Assembly (NCBI GenBank): GCA_052426225.1
Contig: JBNJNM010000015.1
Span: forward strand, 372,001-436,000
Source: Zancudomyces culisetae HAW-14-8
Lineage: Eukaryota; Fungi; Kickxellomycota
Length of the DNA stretch: 64,000 nucleotides
Direction of reading: 5' to 3'
The notes under the pieces were generated by a model. That model made no database searches. It worked only from the letters and a program-made list of their open reading frames with translations, and was not told the origin of the DNA. The position numbers and the translations under genes are program-made. How positions within the stretch are numbered: the first letter of the stretch is position 1; each line of letters begins with the position of its first letter. This document shows, in pieces, positions 1-12,387 of the stretch.

Positions 1-454
1 ACATGTTCTTTTTTTTTAATTAGGGGGTGCGGGGAATAAAGACCAAACGACCGGGTGGAAATTTCTAAATCAAGCAAATTGCAGCAATTTCCACCGAGTT
101 TTTTTTTTTTGATAGTATCCAAGATACATGGTGGAAAGAGCAAAAGATAAACTGTAACCAATATGTGTACGAGATAGGACTATACTTGTATGATATTCTC
201 AATAGTATGCTAGCGAGGTGAAGGCAAAGGTAGCAGATTGAGATCATATGGTGTTTAGGTTTTTCTATAAAATGTCGGATATTGATCTACATCTATATTG
301 AATCAACTCTTAATACAAGAAATACAGGAGTCAGCAGCACAAGTTGTGCATCCTGTGGTTAAATAATTAAGATCAACGGATAAACAGTACTTGTCATCCA
401 AAAATAGATAAATACAAAGTCATGGTAAACAGAGTGATGCCATTTAAATAATTC

Positions 455-1496
455 TTAATAAAATATTTTATCACTTGGTGCATACATCTTTGTGTACAAC
501 CTGACTAGGGAGTTGTACCCTATTTTGTCACCACATCTAAGCAGGTTCGCTATATCCAAAGTACAGATAATACAATCGTGAGTTTTGTCATTTACACTTC
601 AATCTTCGCATTTTTTTAAGCGAGCCCATTAATCGGGATAAAACGAATACATATTATAGAAATTAGAGGGTTTAATGTTTATACATAAACTATCGCATCC
701 AAAATAGTTGCTTTGACAGCTGCCGTACCTGCATCACAGTTGAGTGGACTGTTTGGCTCAGGATCGACCATTAACGAGTGGATGGCAGTACATATGGTTT
801 TTATTGTCCAAACTGGCGACCACTGATCTTTTAGAATATCAAGACAAATTTCTCCTGTCTATTATACCAAGATTCTCTGTTATATAACTGAATGGAAGTT
901 AATAATGCGAGCCTCCTATTCCTCCTCATACTATCCATTCTGATTATAAATATATACCCATAAAATTTACCTCTAAATGAACATTTGGATGACATACTGT
1001 TGTTACAAAGTTAACACTCGGTGGATTCATGGGGTACGTTTCGGGTACAGCTATGCTTAACTCAAATAAACCACCTATTTCATAGTTATGTTTTTTTAGA
1101 CATGTTTAATAAGTACCCGAAATAGATTTTCTCGTACAGTTATTAGTGTGCCAGTCATTTTCAGATATCAAGGCAATGTTATAAATACTTTAACGCTCAG
1201 TGTATATGGTTCGTATATATACCCGATCCAGAAAAATATATATTCACATTCCCATTCACATTCTTGATATTGTTTTTATCTCCAGTCTCATTTAATTCTC
1301 TGCCCATATCGTCTTTTTTTAGTTATTTTCTACCGTTTATCCGCTTACCTTGATATGGTGAACCATCAGGTCCCCTTAGAATTGCCTTCCAGGCTGTTAT
1401 ATCATCTTCTGACGGCTGCAGGTAGGCAATTTCTGCTGGTTTGTTTTTTTCTAGATTTCTGAGCTCTTGCTGCAATCTTCGTAAAAAAGTACTCAT
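455..1496 (-). CDS. PEX4: Peroxisomal ubiquitin-conjugating enzyme E2 (Pex4-like), 4 exons
   Basis: Exons ~1496-1349, 1074-971, 858-729, 549-455, joined by GT-AG introns, give MSTFLRRLQQEL...GPDGSPYQGGLFEL...YPMNPP...CHPNVHLETGEICLDILKDQWSPVWTI...DPEPNSPLNCDAANLLRCGDKIGYNSLVRLYT. This has the UBC HPN motif and catalytic Cys. The NLLRxGD tail is typical of Pex4. Confidence 0.85.
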
Positions 1497-3574
1497 TATT
1501 GCGGCTATTTCTGTCGCTTTCTTATCTAGCCAAGTCTTCAAAATGATATATTAAATTATGAGGATATAAACCTGTAAAGGGACACGTCCATTTATTTCAT
1601 ATATATTGTTTATTCGCCTTTTCTATAAACCAGTAATTTTTCACATTCGTGATTTCTAATCAACCAAAACGTTTGAAACTGGAATGCTTGGGCCAGTTTG
1701 AAATCAAAAGATTTACCAGTTTTTTTTCAGCACCTCGGAAAAACTAATGCGCATGAGAAGCGAAGCCAATGTGGTAAAGGTTCAGAATGTACCACAACAC
1801 AGGTTCCATGATGTAGTGAATCGCTAATTAGATAAAGTTAGCTAGTTAGCAGGCATTGTGCACAAACTCAACATTTTACAATAACTCATCTTGGTGGTGT
1901 ACTGAACCGATAAGGACAAAAAAGACTTGGGAAAAACACCCCTTTTATATTATGATAGTTATTACTTTATCACTTTCATTATGCTTGTACGTTAAAAGTT
2001 TAGTGTTTTAATACTCTAGTTGAATTTTATCATTATTAGCCGCTTTAGACTTTAGTGCTATAGATGCGTTACCTTCTATTTCCCCATTCTTATTGGGAAT
2101 TATGAAGTTTTCTGATGATCAAGTAGGATAAAGAAAGAATAAATTATGCCGAAAAATTCATAACAAGCAGGACTGGAATGTTATTCAGTTCGAAAAATGT
2201 GCTAGTTACTAATTTTGTACAATACGCATATAATACTTAAGCAGATATAAACATGTTATGTGATAGTCAAAATATCACCAATAAGTTTCTATAGTACTAT
2301 AACTTTGATAAAGGTATAGTGTATCAAAGGGTATTGTCAATATACTTGTGTGTTATCATTACTTTTACCAATACAGAAACGTAATTGCAAAAAAAAAAAA
2401 GAGGCAGCTAATGTCGTCAGTGTTTGTAGTGGCTATAAACGCAAAGTCTGTTTGGTTCCATTAACTTCCTCCCACTTCTTGACACCAAAACAAAAATCGT
2501 TTACTGTACTACCTTCGAACTTTTTTTTGTTATATTGTTCACACAATGCCTCCGATAAATATCACTCATTAGTCACATGGAAAACTATTCAGTGGGCGAG
2601 TTAGTTTTACCTTTTTTGCAGGTGTTGGTAGTAACAGCCGGATGTGCCAGTTACGAACAACGAGTTATATTCTACTGTCTAGTTACAGGGTATACTCGAG
2701 TAAAGATAGATAATTTAAATACATTGGTGGTCTTTCACAAAATTAGTGCAAAATTAACATGTTCTTTCCTCCAAAGACTAAAAGCACTCAGGTAAGAGTG
2801 AAGAAATACTGTAATGATGAGGATTTTCCGGGCTTTTTGAATGATTCAGATACGAGTCGATTAAATGTTTTGTGACTGTGTGCTGTGGAAAAAACAAGTG
2901 AACAGCTGAGCATGCAAAAGCACTTCTCAAAATAAAACACTGGTCAGCCATCCAGATATATTCTCTCACTGTTAAATATGCTTAGCAAGTTAATGTTTTA
3001 TTGGTCGATAATTGTTTGTTGTTATGTTGTTGCAGGATTATGTATTTCGATATCAGCATTTTCTAGATTTTCAAAACATTTCGCAAGTAGTTCAGATATT
3101 TTACCCAAAAATTCACCACAGTTTAATCCAAGGAAATAAAAACACTAAAGGGAAAACAAGTTCAAAAATGCTGGTGTTAAGTCTGCCAATCCTGGGAAAT
3201 TATTTGCCACCTAGCAAATTAATTGGTTGAAATAGTATTTTCGTCCTATCAATGTCATGTGTTCAAATGTCATTCTCCATTATTATTGATGGAACAAATG
3301 ACTGAATCATGTATCGTATTCTAGAGGGTAGAAAAATCGAGGCACCATGAAAAATACCCATCATTTAATTAGAAGGGTGGGTGCAAAAATGCAATACCCC
3401 TTAGAGGGTTTGTGCGAAAATAAACCTTAAAAACAAAGGTTTTTCTATACACACACGACACGCTTTCAAGAGTTATAAATATTAAGAGTCAAGCTACTTA
3501 TAATTATATCAAGAATCGAAGAATTATATACCACCAAAGATATTAGGGGCAAAAAACTAGACACAGAACAAAGA

Positions 3575-4309
3575 ATGAGACTATTGTTTGTAATATTTTG
3601 CCTACTCGTGCTTTCCATAAATCAAGCATTGGCAAAAATATGGCAAGAAAAGGCTAAGGAATATCTATCTATCGTAAAGGGAGCATCGCTCAGATCTAAA
3701 CAGCGAGTATTGGCTGATAATGAGATACCATTAAACAAGGTGGTTGTAGATCTAAGCGGCGAAAATGATTTGATGAAGATTGAAGAGCTAACCCTTGACC
3801 CAGAGTATCCCCAGCGGGGAAGAAATATATCGGTGTACGCACGTGCATATATTAAAGAGCGAATCGAAAAGGCAACAGCAAGAGTGGTTGTTAAATACGG
3901 GATAATCCGGCTAGTGAATTCAGATTACGATCTCTGCGAGCTTTTGGCAGAAAACACAGAAGAGCGGTGTCCACTCGAGCCAGGGCTGCACGAAATCAAT
4001 GTAGTTGCATATGTTCCCGCATACGTTCCTCCAGTAAGTAGATCATCCTAGCGAATGTTCTTTATGAAATCTTTATTCTTTCTAAAAAAGTATATATTAT
4101 AATACCTTGGGATAAGATAAAAACAAAGGTGGAGTTGTTGTTTTTTTCCCTCATACAATCCACGATATATGCATTTTGAAAGAGCGAACAAGAGGTGAAA
4201 AAAAACTATTTATATGCATATTTAGGGATGGTTCTATGTCGACGCACTCGCAAAAAGGGACGCAGATAAGGCTCAAATCGGAAAGGTCAGGGCTGTAGTT
4301 GGGTTATAG
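3575..4309 (+). CDS. NPC2: ML-domain lipid/sterol transfer protein (NPC2 / PG-PI transfer protein), 2 exons
   Basis: Signal peptide MRLLFVIFCLLVLS, then P.RG.N, VKYGIIRLV..YDLCE..CPLEPG and VPAYVPP|GWFYVDA. Intron 4034-4225 (gtaagt..ttag); stop TAG at 4307-4309. Confidence 0.85.
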
Positions 4310-4825
4310 ATTTATCAGTGTATTGGCTTTTATGTATTTGATATTTAAATTTTACATTTTATAGAAGCAGTATGTTTTTCGATTTTTCAATTGCTAGAAC
4401 GTATTTGTTCATATTGTAAAATAAAATCACACTAATAGACTTATCTTGCGAAATTATGCTAACCATGATAGCATTATCCGCAGTTGTAACATCACAGACA
4501 AATATAGTGTTGTTCATCTCAATGGCTAGTGCTGAATATATGTACCTTTTCGACAAAATGAAAAGTGAATGTGAAAAAATATATTTCTAATTCAAAGATT
4601 CTTTACTAATACAAGGCGTATTAGCTAGACAAAAAAAATGGTGCTGAGAGTATAATGAATGTATTTCAAGAACTTTGCGAGACACGGGCGGTGAGATAAT
4701 GAAGAAAGGAATTAACCGAAACGTATTATTATATCCTACATGGGGGGTCAGAAAGTCGAAAAATAGGGGGAGGTATAGTGCATAATTTTTAGTTCGTGGT
4801 GTTTTTAAGACCCCCTACCAACCTA

Positions 4826-6571
4826 CTATTCGGGAATAGGTATATCCTTTCCACCGTTTATCTCCGATTTACCCTCTGTGGCAATAGTATTAGTCTCATC
4901 AGTAGATGATAAATCCACAGAATTAAAATTATTGTCATTTTCCGGCTGAGCTACAGCGGAGGCAGTATCGATATCCATCTCCGGCACTGAGTCGCTTGCT
5001 GGGACGCTCTCATGCTCAGGTTGAAATCCTTGTTGGTTATCAACATCCATCTGTTCGGGATCTGAATTTTCGACCGCTATGTTTGTTGAAATAGAGCTTG
5101 GGGTTGTTACCATTGCTTCGTCGTCAGCTTTTTTGGAAGGTGCATCGATTTTTACAGGAACACCTCCCAAATCATGGGTTTTTGCAAAATTGAGTTTCTT
5201 TTCAACGGTTGCTTGCGAGTCGTAGGAGATATGTACTATTCCCGTATCCGACGCATCCAAAGGATGCTCGCCAAATAGCTTTGTGCTTTCCTCACGAGTG
5301 CCCTGCTGACTAATGGTATTCATTCCGGCAGAAGAGGATGAGGGTTCCGAGCTTTCCTTAATGGCCAATTCTGGGATCTCGCTATCTAGTTTTTTTTTAG
5401 GTTCGTCCAAGTGCTTTTGATCTTTTTGTGCCTCCGATATTGATGCTACTGGAAATTCTTCTATTGTAGAAGTTACGAATACCACCTATTTTCATGGACA
5501 CTATAGCATGTTAGCTTTCCAGCTCAATCAACTTTACCAGAACTCTCAATATATATCGACCACACCCAGATTTACCTTTTCTATCGCTCGCAAAAATTTA
5601 TAACTATTCGAATATTGCTGTTCGTGTTTTAATACCAACTCGACCAACCTTTGAATCGTGAAAGGGTACCTAATATATTCATATATTTTTTGAATAAATC
5701 ATATTATTACTACACACCAACGCGCTGTTATGGTAAATATATTTTTCAAACGAGCCGTCAACGTGAGATGCTCGAAAAGGGAGCATATCTAATAATTACT
5801 CGCTTACGTTTCAAACATGTCTAGGGATGTATTTATTTGCTCTAAAATCGACACAATATCGACCAGTTTTCTTTCGTGCTTTTCCAGCGAAAAGTTTTTT
5901 GAAGCATATTCTCTTAGTTTAGCTTTGGAATCTTCTCTCTCGCTTTTCAATGCTTCAAGACCCTCTTCTCCTTCGAGTATGAGAGTAAGAATGTCAACAT
6001 TGTCACTTATGTTTCTGCATTTTCCCGTCCTGCTAAAGTCGTTTTTGTACATTGCTCCCTTTATGTCGCCTCTGACTTCACCTTCCTTTACCAGCTCTTT
6101 AATAATTTTGTCTTCTAGTATCTATAGTATATTTTCATAAAAAGTAGTGTCAATTATCAGCTCTTCCATTAGGCTTTTCAAATACTCGACTCTAAAGAGC
6201 TTGTGCAAAAATCTTACATCGAGAATCAAATATTTTATGATTTTTCTACAAAGATCCCAACTAATCCTATAAGAAAACATATTAATTGTTAGTATAGTCC
6301 GCTACACCCAATTCCATGTATATTAATTCTTTAGAAGCTTACCATTTCCCCGAATTGTTGTATATCTTTTCTAGCTTTTTGATATACTCTATTATGAATA
6401 ATAAAAAAACAGTATTTAATATGGTAAACTATCCTTATGGTGAAGTATTCGTATCAACGCTTGTGTGTTTTTAAAAGTATTCTTAGACTCACCGTCTTTC
6501 CAGGAAAATTCTTCAAGCTCGGGAAAAGTGCAAAGTATACTTTCACCCGCCAAATACTCGTCTGCTTTCAT
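4826..6571 (-). CDS. PPP4R2: Protein phosphatase 4 regulatory subunit 2 (PPP4R2/Psy4-like), ~6 exons
   Basis: Spliced frame stays open from the ATG at 6571. It contains FETYPFTIQRLVELV...YSNSYKFLRAIEK|VVFVTST (PPP4R2 core motif) followed by an acidic low-complexity tail (ORF 4826..5485). Confidence 0.8.
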
Positions 6572-7738
6572 TATTCCAGGTTCTGCACCTTTTTAACTTT
6601 TTATTTTACTGTTTCCCCCTCAATATTGTCAAATATTATAAGGATATTTTTCTGAATCTATTTACAATTAGAGCTCTATCCACACTTGAATACCTTGATT
6701 CGTTTTACTGATTCAAATATACAATTCAACAAGTTTGCCTTTTTTTATTTTCAATTTAAAAATATTTACTGAAATATCTCGACTAAATGATTATGGTTTA
6801 GTTTCGTGTAACGCGCAATTTTCAAAAGACGCAGCATTCCTCAAGAAATCGGTGATACGTTTAATTTGATTGTGTTTGTATATGCTGTTAAATACACTGA
6901 TTTCTTGCTTGCATACTGCAATATCGCAGAATATGCGTGCTATCTACACAAGTTTTTAGGTGAGCGGAAACGGTGGAGGTCTCGCAAATTATTTTAACAA
7001 GGTTAAAAATGCTCCAAAGGTAGCCAAATCAACTGTTTGAATTGTGCAAATTCACAACTGACTCTCGCCTGATCCCTAGTTTCTAAAGAATTGAACTTAT
7101 CATGAAACATCTTATGCTCCAAGTGTATTTCGGTGCAACCAACCAACTTTAGTGGGTCCTGGTCACAAAAAATAAGCAAGGAAATCATGAGTCTATCCAA
7201 GAACATCCAACTGTAGATGCAATCGTATTTGTGGTATTGTACTAGTTATATCATTGACAAAGGTTGGATGTGCTTTTTAAGAGAATGATACAACGTGTGC
7301 TTGAATAAATACTACAGCTATATTACTAGACTTATTCATCTGTATTGTATGCTTTTTTCAACACGGAACACATGTGTGGGTGCCATGCCCCATATTCCAT
7401 ATTCCATGTCTCATTTCCTCATTGCTCTTGTTCAGTGTTTATCTGAGTATCTATCTGTTGTTTCGCCATTTCAATTCGTTAAAAACGAGACTTTCCTGCC
7501 CAATGGTTTGATTGCGATTATACTTTCAGGGAAATTGATTCGTGCCAAACATGTATAAAATTTATGGTCAGTTCCATTTAAACTGAATTGGAGAATCTGA
7601 TTAGGCTAGTCTCTTTTATTTCTATTAAAACTCACTCAAAATCTCTTTGAGCCGTGTATTAGAATACAAGAGCGATTTTATAAAATCAGACACGAATATT
7701 CAGAAAACAACGCTCTATTTATAACTGGACGCTGGAGT

Positions 7739-9452
7739 ATGCAAAGATTACTGAGACACCACAACCTAGTTGTGGGTTGTAGATCCCGAAATGTGCTTGC
7801 TTCAAAAAGATATTCAAGCTCTTACACTGTGGATACGCTTTACGAGGGCCTCGTGTCAGGAAATAGGTTGATGCTTTCCAAAGCCATAACCATGAGTAAG
7901 TCTTTACTTTATACATTTCTGAAAACAACCGGAATTTGCAAAGCACAAGTTTCAAGCTATTACCAAAACCACTTACACGTTATCTGTATAAATACTTTAG
8001 TTGAATCAACAAAGAAAGAACACAGAATTATATCTAACGAGCTAGTAAGTCGATGTTTGGAAAAAAATAAAGAAAAAAAGGTAAAAAGGATAGGGTTCAC
8101 AGGAACCCCGGGTGTTGGTAAATCTACGTTTATCGAGGCTTTTGGATCTCTAATGCTGGAAAAGGGTCATCGAATAGCTGTCCTGGTAAATAGTTTTATA
8201 TTTCTGTGTATATTTATATAAAGACTATTATCATTATGCCCAGAATTAATCGTTCTGTTAGAAATACACATTTTTAATTTTATTACATCATAAAAGTGCA
8301 TACCAGAATTTTTTTTCTCGCTAGTTAACTCCAATGAAAATAATAATAATAATAATAGGCAGTGGATCCGTCATCAACTAGATCTGGTGGCTCACTCCTT
8401 GGAGACAAAACTAGGATGCAAAAAATAAGTACATCAGATAATGCATACATACGCCCTTCACCTAGTGGTGGAAGTTTGGGAGGAGTAGCCCGTAAAACAT
8501 TGGAGACTATAGTTCTTACTGAAGGTAATAAACTTTGAACTTTTTATATACTACTTTTTATATATAATTTAATGATATTTGTACCTATATGTTGCAAAGT
8601 CTGAATTGTTTTTGTTTATTTTCGATTCAAAAAAAACCACCACCCAATCAATCAATCAACAGCGGCAGGATTTGACGTAGTGTTTGTAGAAACAGTCGGT
8701 GTTGGTCAGTCTGAAATTTTAGTTTCAGAGATGGTTGACATGTTTGTGCTTTTAGCGCAACCAGGTTCGGGGGATGAGCTACAAGGAATCAAAAAGGGGA
8801 TTATGGAACTTGCTGATATGATTGTTGTCAATAAATCGGATGGCGCGTTGGAAACCCCGGCAAAAATTACAACCAGAGCTTTGCTTGACGCAATGAGACT
8901 CATTGCACCCAAAGCAATAGAGTGGAATCCACCTGTGGTTAGGGCATCTGCATATACCGGATATAATTTGGAACGCGTATATGATACGATAAACACGTAC
9001 TTCCAGAAGATTAATGTAAGCAGATATAGATTCTATAGCTTAGTATCCGAAATTTAAACTGAGGTTTTTGAATACATAGGAATCAAACAGGTGGGATGAT
9101 ATCAGAAAGACACAACAAAGTCATTGGATGTGGCGTGAAGTCAAAAATCTTATCTTTGAAAGGTATGGTATATTCTCCATATTTATAATTATAGTTATCC
9201 GTTTATTTGTGTATTTTATATTGTCATGCAAATGTGATGGTGGATGGTGGATGTTGGACACTGGAGATTTCTATAAAAATATAAAAGCCTTTCAAAATAA
9301 AACTCCAAACACACATTACTATGTCTAGACTCCATCAGAATAAAGAGGTAAAGAGCCTGGCCAAGGACCTGGAAAAGGGAGTTGCAGATGGAACCATTGC
9401 ACCCACTATTGCCGCCTATGCAATTTTTGAAAAGTTTGTAGGCTCCAAGTAA
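7739..9452 (+). CDS. MMAA: MMAA/MeaB/ArgK-family GTPase (methylmalonyl-CoA mutase metallochaperone), 6 exons, mitochondrial presequence
   Basis: Exons ~7739-7895, 8001-8185, 8359-8524, 8663-9015, 9080-9162, 9330-9452. Motifs [71 protein letters not shown]. The N-terminus is Arg-rich. Confidence 0.95.
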
Positions 9453-9672
9453 ACCAATATGAAAAAATGGATATATTCGGATGATTAAACGATGTGTATA
9501 TCATTTATAGTTTCCATTTGGTGTAGTCTTGTATATTTTATTTTCTATTCATTCGTTTTGTGAACAATACACTATAAATAGAACACATATTCGTTTGCTA
9601 GTGAATAAAAAACCAAGATATATTCTTAGTGCATTTACTAAATCGCCATTTCCGTAACTAACTTATATACCA

Positions 9673-9701
9673 CATACATACATACATACATACATACATA
9701 C
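9673..9701. repeat. (CATA)n microsatellite
   Basis: About 7 perfect CATA units between the convergent MMAA and COX11 3' ends. Confidence 0.9.
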
Positions 9702-9851
9702 TCGGGGTGATAAAGATAGCAATTGTTGTATTGCGATTTAATCAATACATTGTCATATATTATGACACTAAAAAAAAGACTGCTCTAAATCACCAAGAGA
9801 GGTATAATAATACGAATTCCTAAAAACATCGATATCAGAAAAGCTATATTG

Positions 9852-10547
9852 TTAATCGTTTCTTCCTGCAGATTTGAAAAATGTATACGAAAGTGTGATT
9901 TCATTGACATCATCCATAAAAGGATCTTCAGCAAACTCCGGATCTATAAAGAAGAAAACGGGCATATCTATCTCTTCGCCAGCATCCAGCTTTTGCTCAT
10001 CAAAACAAAAGCATTGGATTTTATTAAAGTAGGGTGCTGCTTTTTCTGGGATAATGTTATATGTTGCAACGCCAATTATCGGTTTCGATGAATTGTTTAG
10101 AGCTTTATAGAAGGCCAAAGCAGTTTCACCTGGAACCACATTTACGAACCTTTGCTCTGGAATAAAGTTCCAATTCAAGGCGGCTGAAACGTGACTGACA
10201 AACTTAATTTTCAATGGTCGGTGACCTTCTACCCGTCTAAAAGAATTTTCGTCTCGCTCTCTTACATCAGTGACTGGCACACCCATAAATCCTGTACGTT
10301 TACACAACAGCCTATATAGAGGAACAGCAGCATACGAGATTCCTATAAACGTGATAAGGAAGGACGAAGTATATAGAAAAGTTGTTAGATTCTTTTTTCT
10401 TAGCTGCTCATTTTGCTTTAATTGATCGGGTTTTAGGAAAGTCGAATATTTGGATCTTTCATTTGAAAATTTATTCCATCTCAATTTGAATTTGCTCTTA
10501 TCAAGAAGAGCTTTATTTCTGAAAAGCCTAGATATGCCACTTTGCAT
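9852..10547 (-). CDS. COX11: Cytochrome c oxidase copper chaperone Cox11
   Basis: SYAAVPLYRLLC TM segment, PGETALAFY, GVATYN, YFNKIQCFCFDEQ, DMPVFFFIDPEF, ITLSYTFF. Intronless. Confidence 0.97.
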   Translation of the reverse strand: MQSGISRLFRNKALLDKSKFKLRWNKFSNERSKYSTFLKPDQLKQNEQLRKKNLTTFLYTSSFLITFIGISYAAVPLYRLLCKRTGFMGVPVTDVRERDENSFRRVEGHRPLKIKFVSHVSAALNWNFIPEQRFVNVVPGETALAFYKALNNSSKPIIGVATYNIIPEKAAPYFNKIQCFCFDEQKLDAGEEIDMPVFFFIDPEFAEDPFMDDVNEITLSYTFFKSAGRND

Positions 10548-11764
10548 TTGTGCCTATTTCAATTGATGTAAGGTTTATTAATGGTAGTGGAAAAGAAAGT
10601 GTTTATGAATCTTTTTTATTTTGCCGAGTATAGTATTGGCAAAAAAAAAGTAGTTAAAGTGTTGTATTCTATCTACAAACATGAAAAGTTAGTTGAGCTA
10701 TTTCAATAAAACACACCATTTTTCTTTTGAGTTGAAATTAAGCTTGTAATGTTTTGGCAATATGAACTATGGCACCTTTTGATTTCATAATACCAGCTAG
10801 ATGATTCGTCAAATCAAACAAATGATTTTACTTGGAAGTAGATAAGCATTTCCTGTGTATTTTATTTGTAAAAAGCTACTATCAACTCGCATAGACGAGC
10901 TTCAACATGCACACACTTGTGTATATCAGGAGATGGGCCGACCTAGCTGTCTAGGCAGGCCAGATTTAGACATCGATACTGTATTTTTTCTTCATTCTTG
11001 TACCTGGCCTCTTGACTCAAAATGGTAAACATGATACTGTTTTTATAACCACCAACACTTTATAAATATCGATTATTTGCAAATATTCAAACTGCAAAAT
11101 TCCTGCTCATTCTTAAAAATAGATACCTAGTAACAACCTCGGCTTCAATGAGGAATAGTTACATTGTTTTTTATGACCCTCAAATTATAATCTGGTACTA
11201 AAGACCCAGTCGCACACATAAGGCTTTCAAGATACAAATACATGTAATTATACGGTTTTCTTATACTTTCTGCCTGAAGAAAAGAAGCTAAACCTCCGAG
11301 ATCAACCAGTGATTACCACTGCTCCTTGACAACCTGGCTATTCTTATGTTGCGCCAGCACTATAGGTACTGTAAAATAAAATAAAAACCATTATTGTCTA
11401 ACACATACAGATATTACACACAGACTGAATCCGCACACTCTTGGATGTCACAGCATGGCACTACATAGAGTCAAAAACAACTTGTGTTTGTAATACTAAT
11501 ACCAATAACTATTTGGGAACTTCAAAAGAATGGTTATACGCTGTATAAGCCAATGTATAGCCTTAGAGCTGTATAATTTGGTTAACTAAAAGCAAAAGAA
11601 TTTTCTCAAAAAGAGAGTAAGTTTAATAGTTCCTTTACAAGATAGAAAAACACAAAAAAATCAGTCCAAAAACTTTTCTATACGTAAGAAAAGTAGGAAA
11701 AGAAAAGGCAAGGGTAATGTAAATAGCGTATGAGCAGCGAAACAAATTATCTGCTAGCCAGCTG

Positions 11765-12387
11765 TTAATTCGATTCTGCGCTTTCACCCAATACACTATC
11801 TAAAATCAGCTGAAGAGCCTTTTGTTTGTTCTCCGAATACTGTTCTTCAAGTTGTGTAAATCGTTCCTTCGTTTCAATCTTCATTTTATCCTCGAGTTCG
11901 GAAATTTCAATACTCTATTTTAATTGAAAATATGGGTTAGATATTTTAATGTTATTGTAAAGTAGCGGAGTATTTAAATGAAAACTCGAACACAGTACCG
12001 AAAGCTGATATTTGGCTATTTCTCTTTCTTTGGCAGCCTTAAGTTCTTCGATTTCTTTAGATGCCTCTAGACGTGCATCTTTTAGTCTCATTGTCCTATC
12101 TATTCCAAAATGAAGAAGGGATTACTAGGGTGAATACGTTCTATGTACAGAAAGAAGTTGTATTCAAACTTGAGTGGCATAAATCGCAACATACATTTCC
12201 GGGCCTGGTCTACAATCTTTGATGATTCCTTCTCAGCATCAAACAGTGCCTGTACTCCCTGCGAATTTGAGCTAGACTATATATATTGTGTTAGTTTGAA
12301 GGCTGGGTTAATCATTTGTGCATTATTTTATAGCGGATAGAATGTCAAAGGTTGAAATTAAAGTTCAGAGTATGCAAACATTACCAT
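11765..12387 (-). CDS. VMA10: V-type ATPase subunit G, 4 exons (first exon contributes only the ATG)
   Basis: Not in the ORF track. ATG|gtaat at 12387-12385, then SSSNSQGVQALFDAEKESSKIVDQARKY|RTMRLKDARLEASKEIEELKAAKERE...|...YSENKQKALQLILDSVL, with TAA at 11767-11765. Confidence 0.93.

Noticed and set aside
7003-7558. Short ORFs between PPP4R2 and MMAA as a possible transposon relic
   Set aside because: No recognisable RT, integrase or transposase motifs and no terminal repeats.
10936-10961. Small GC-rich hairpin GGCC-GA-CCTAG-ctgt-CTAGG-CA-GGCC
   Set aside because: Too short to distinguish from chance, with no family features.
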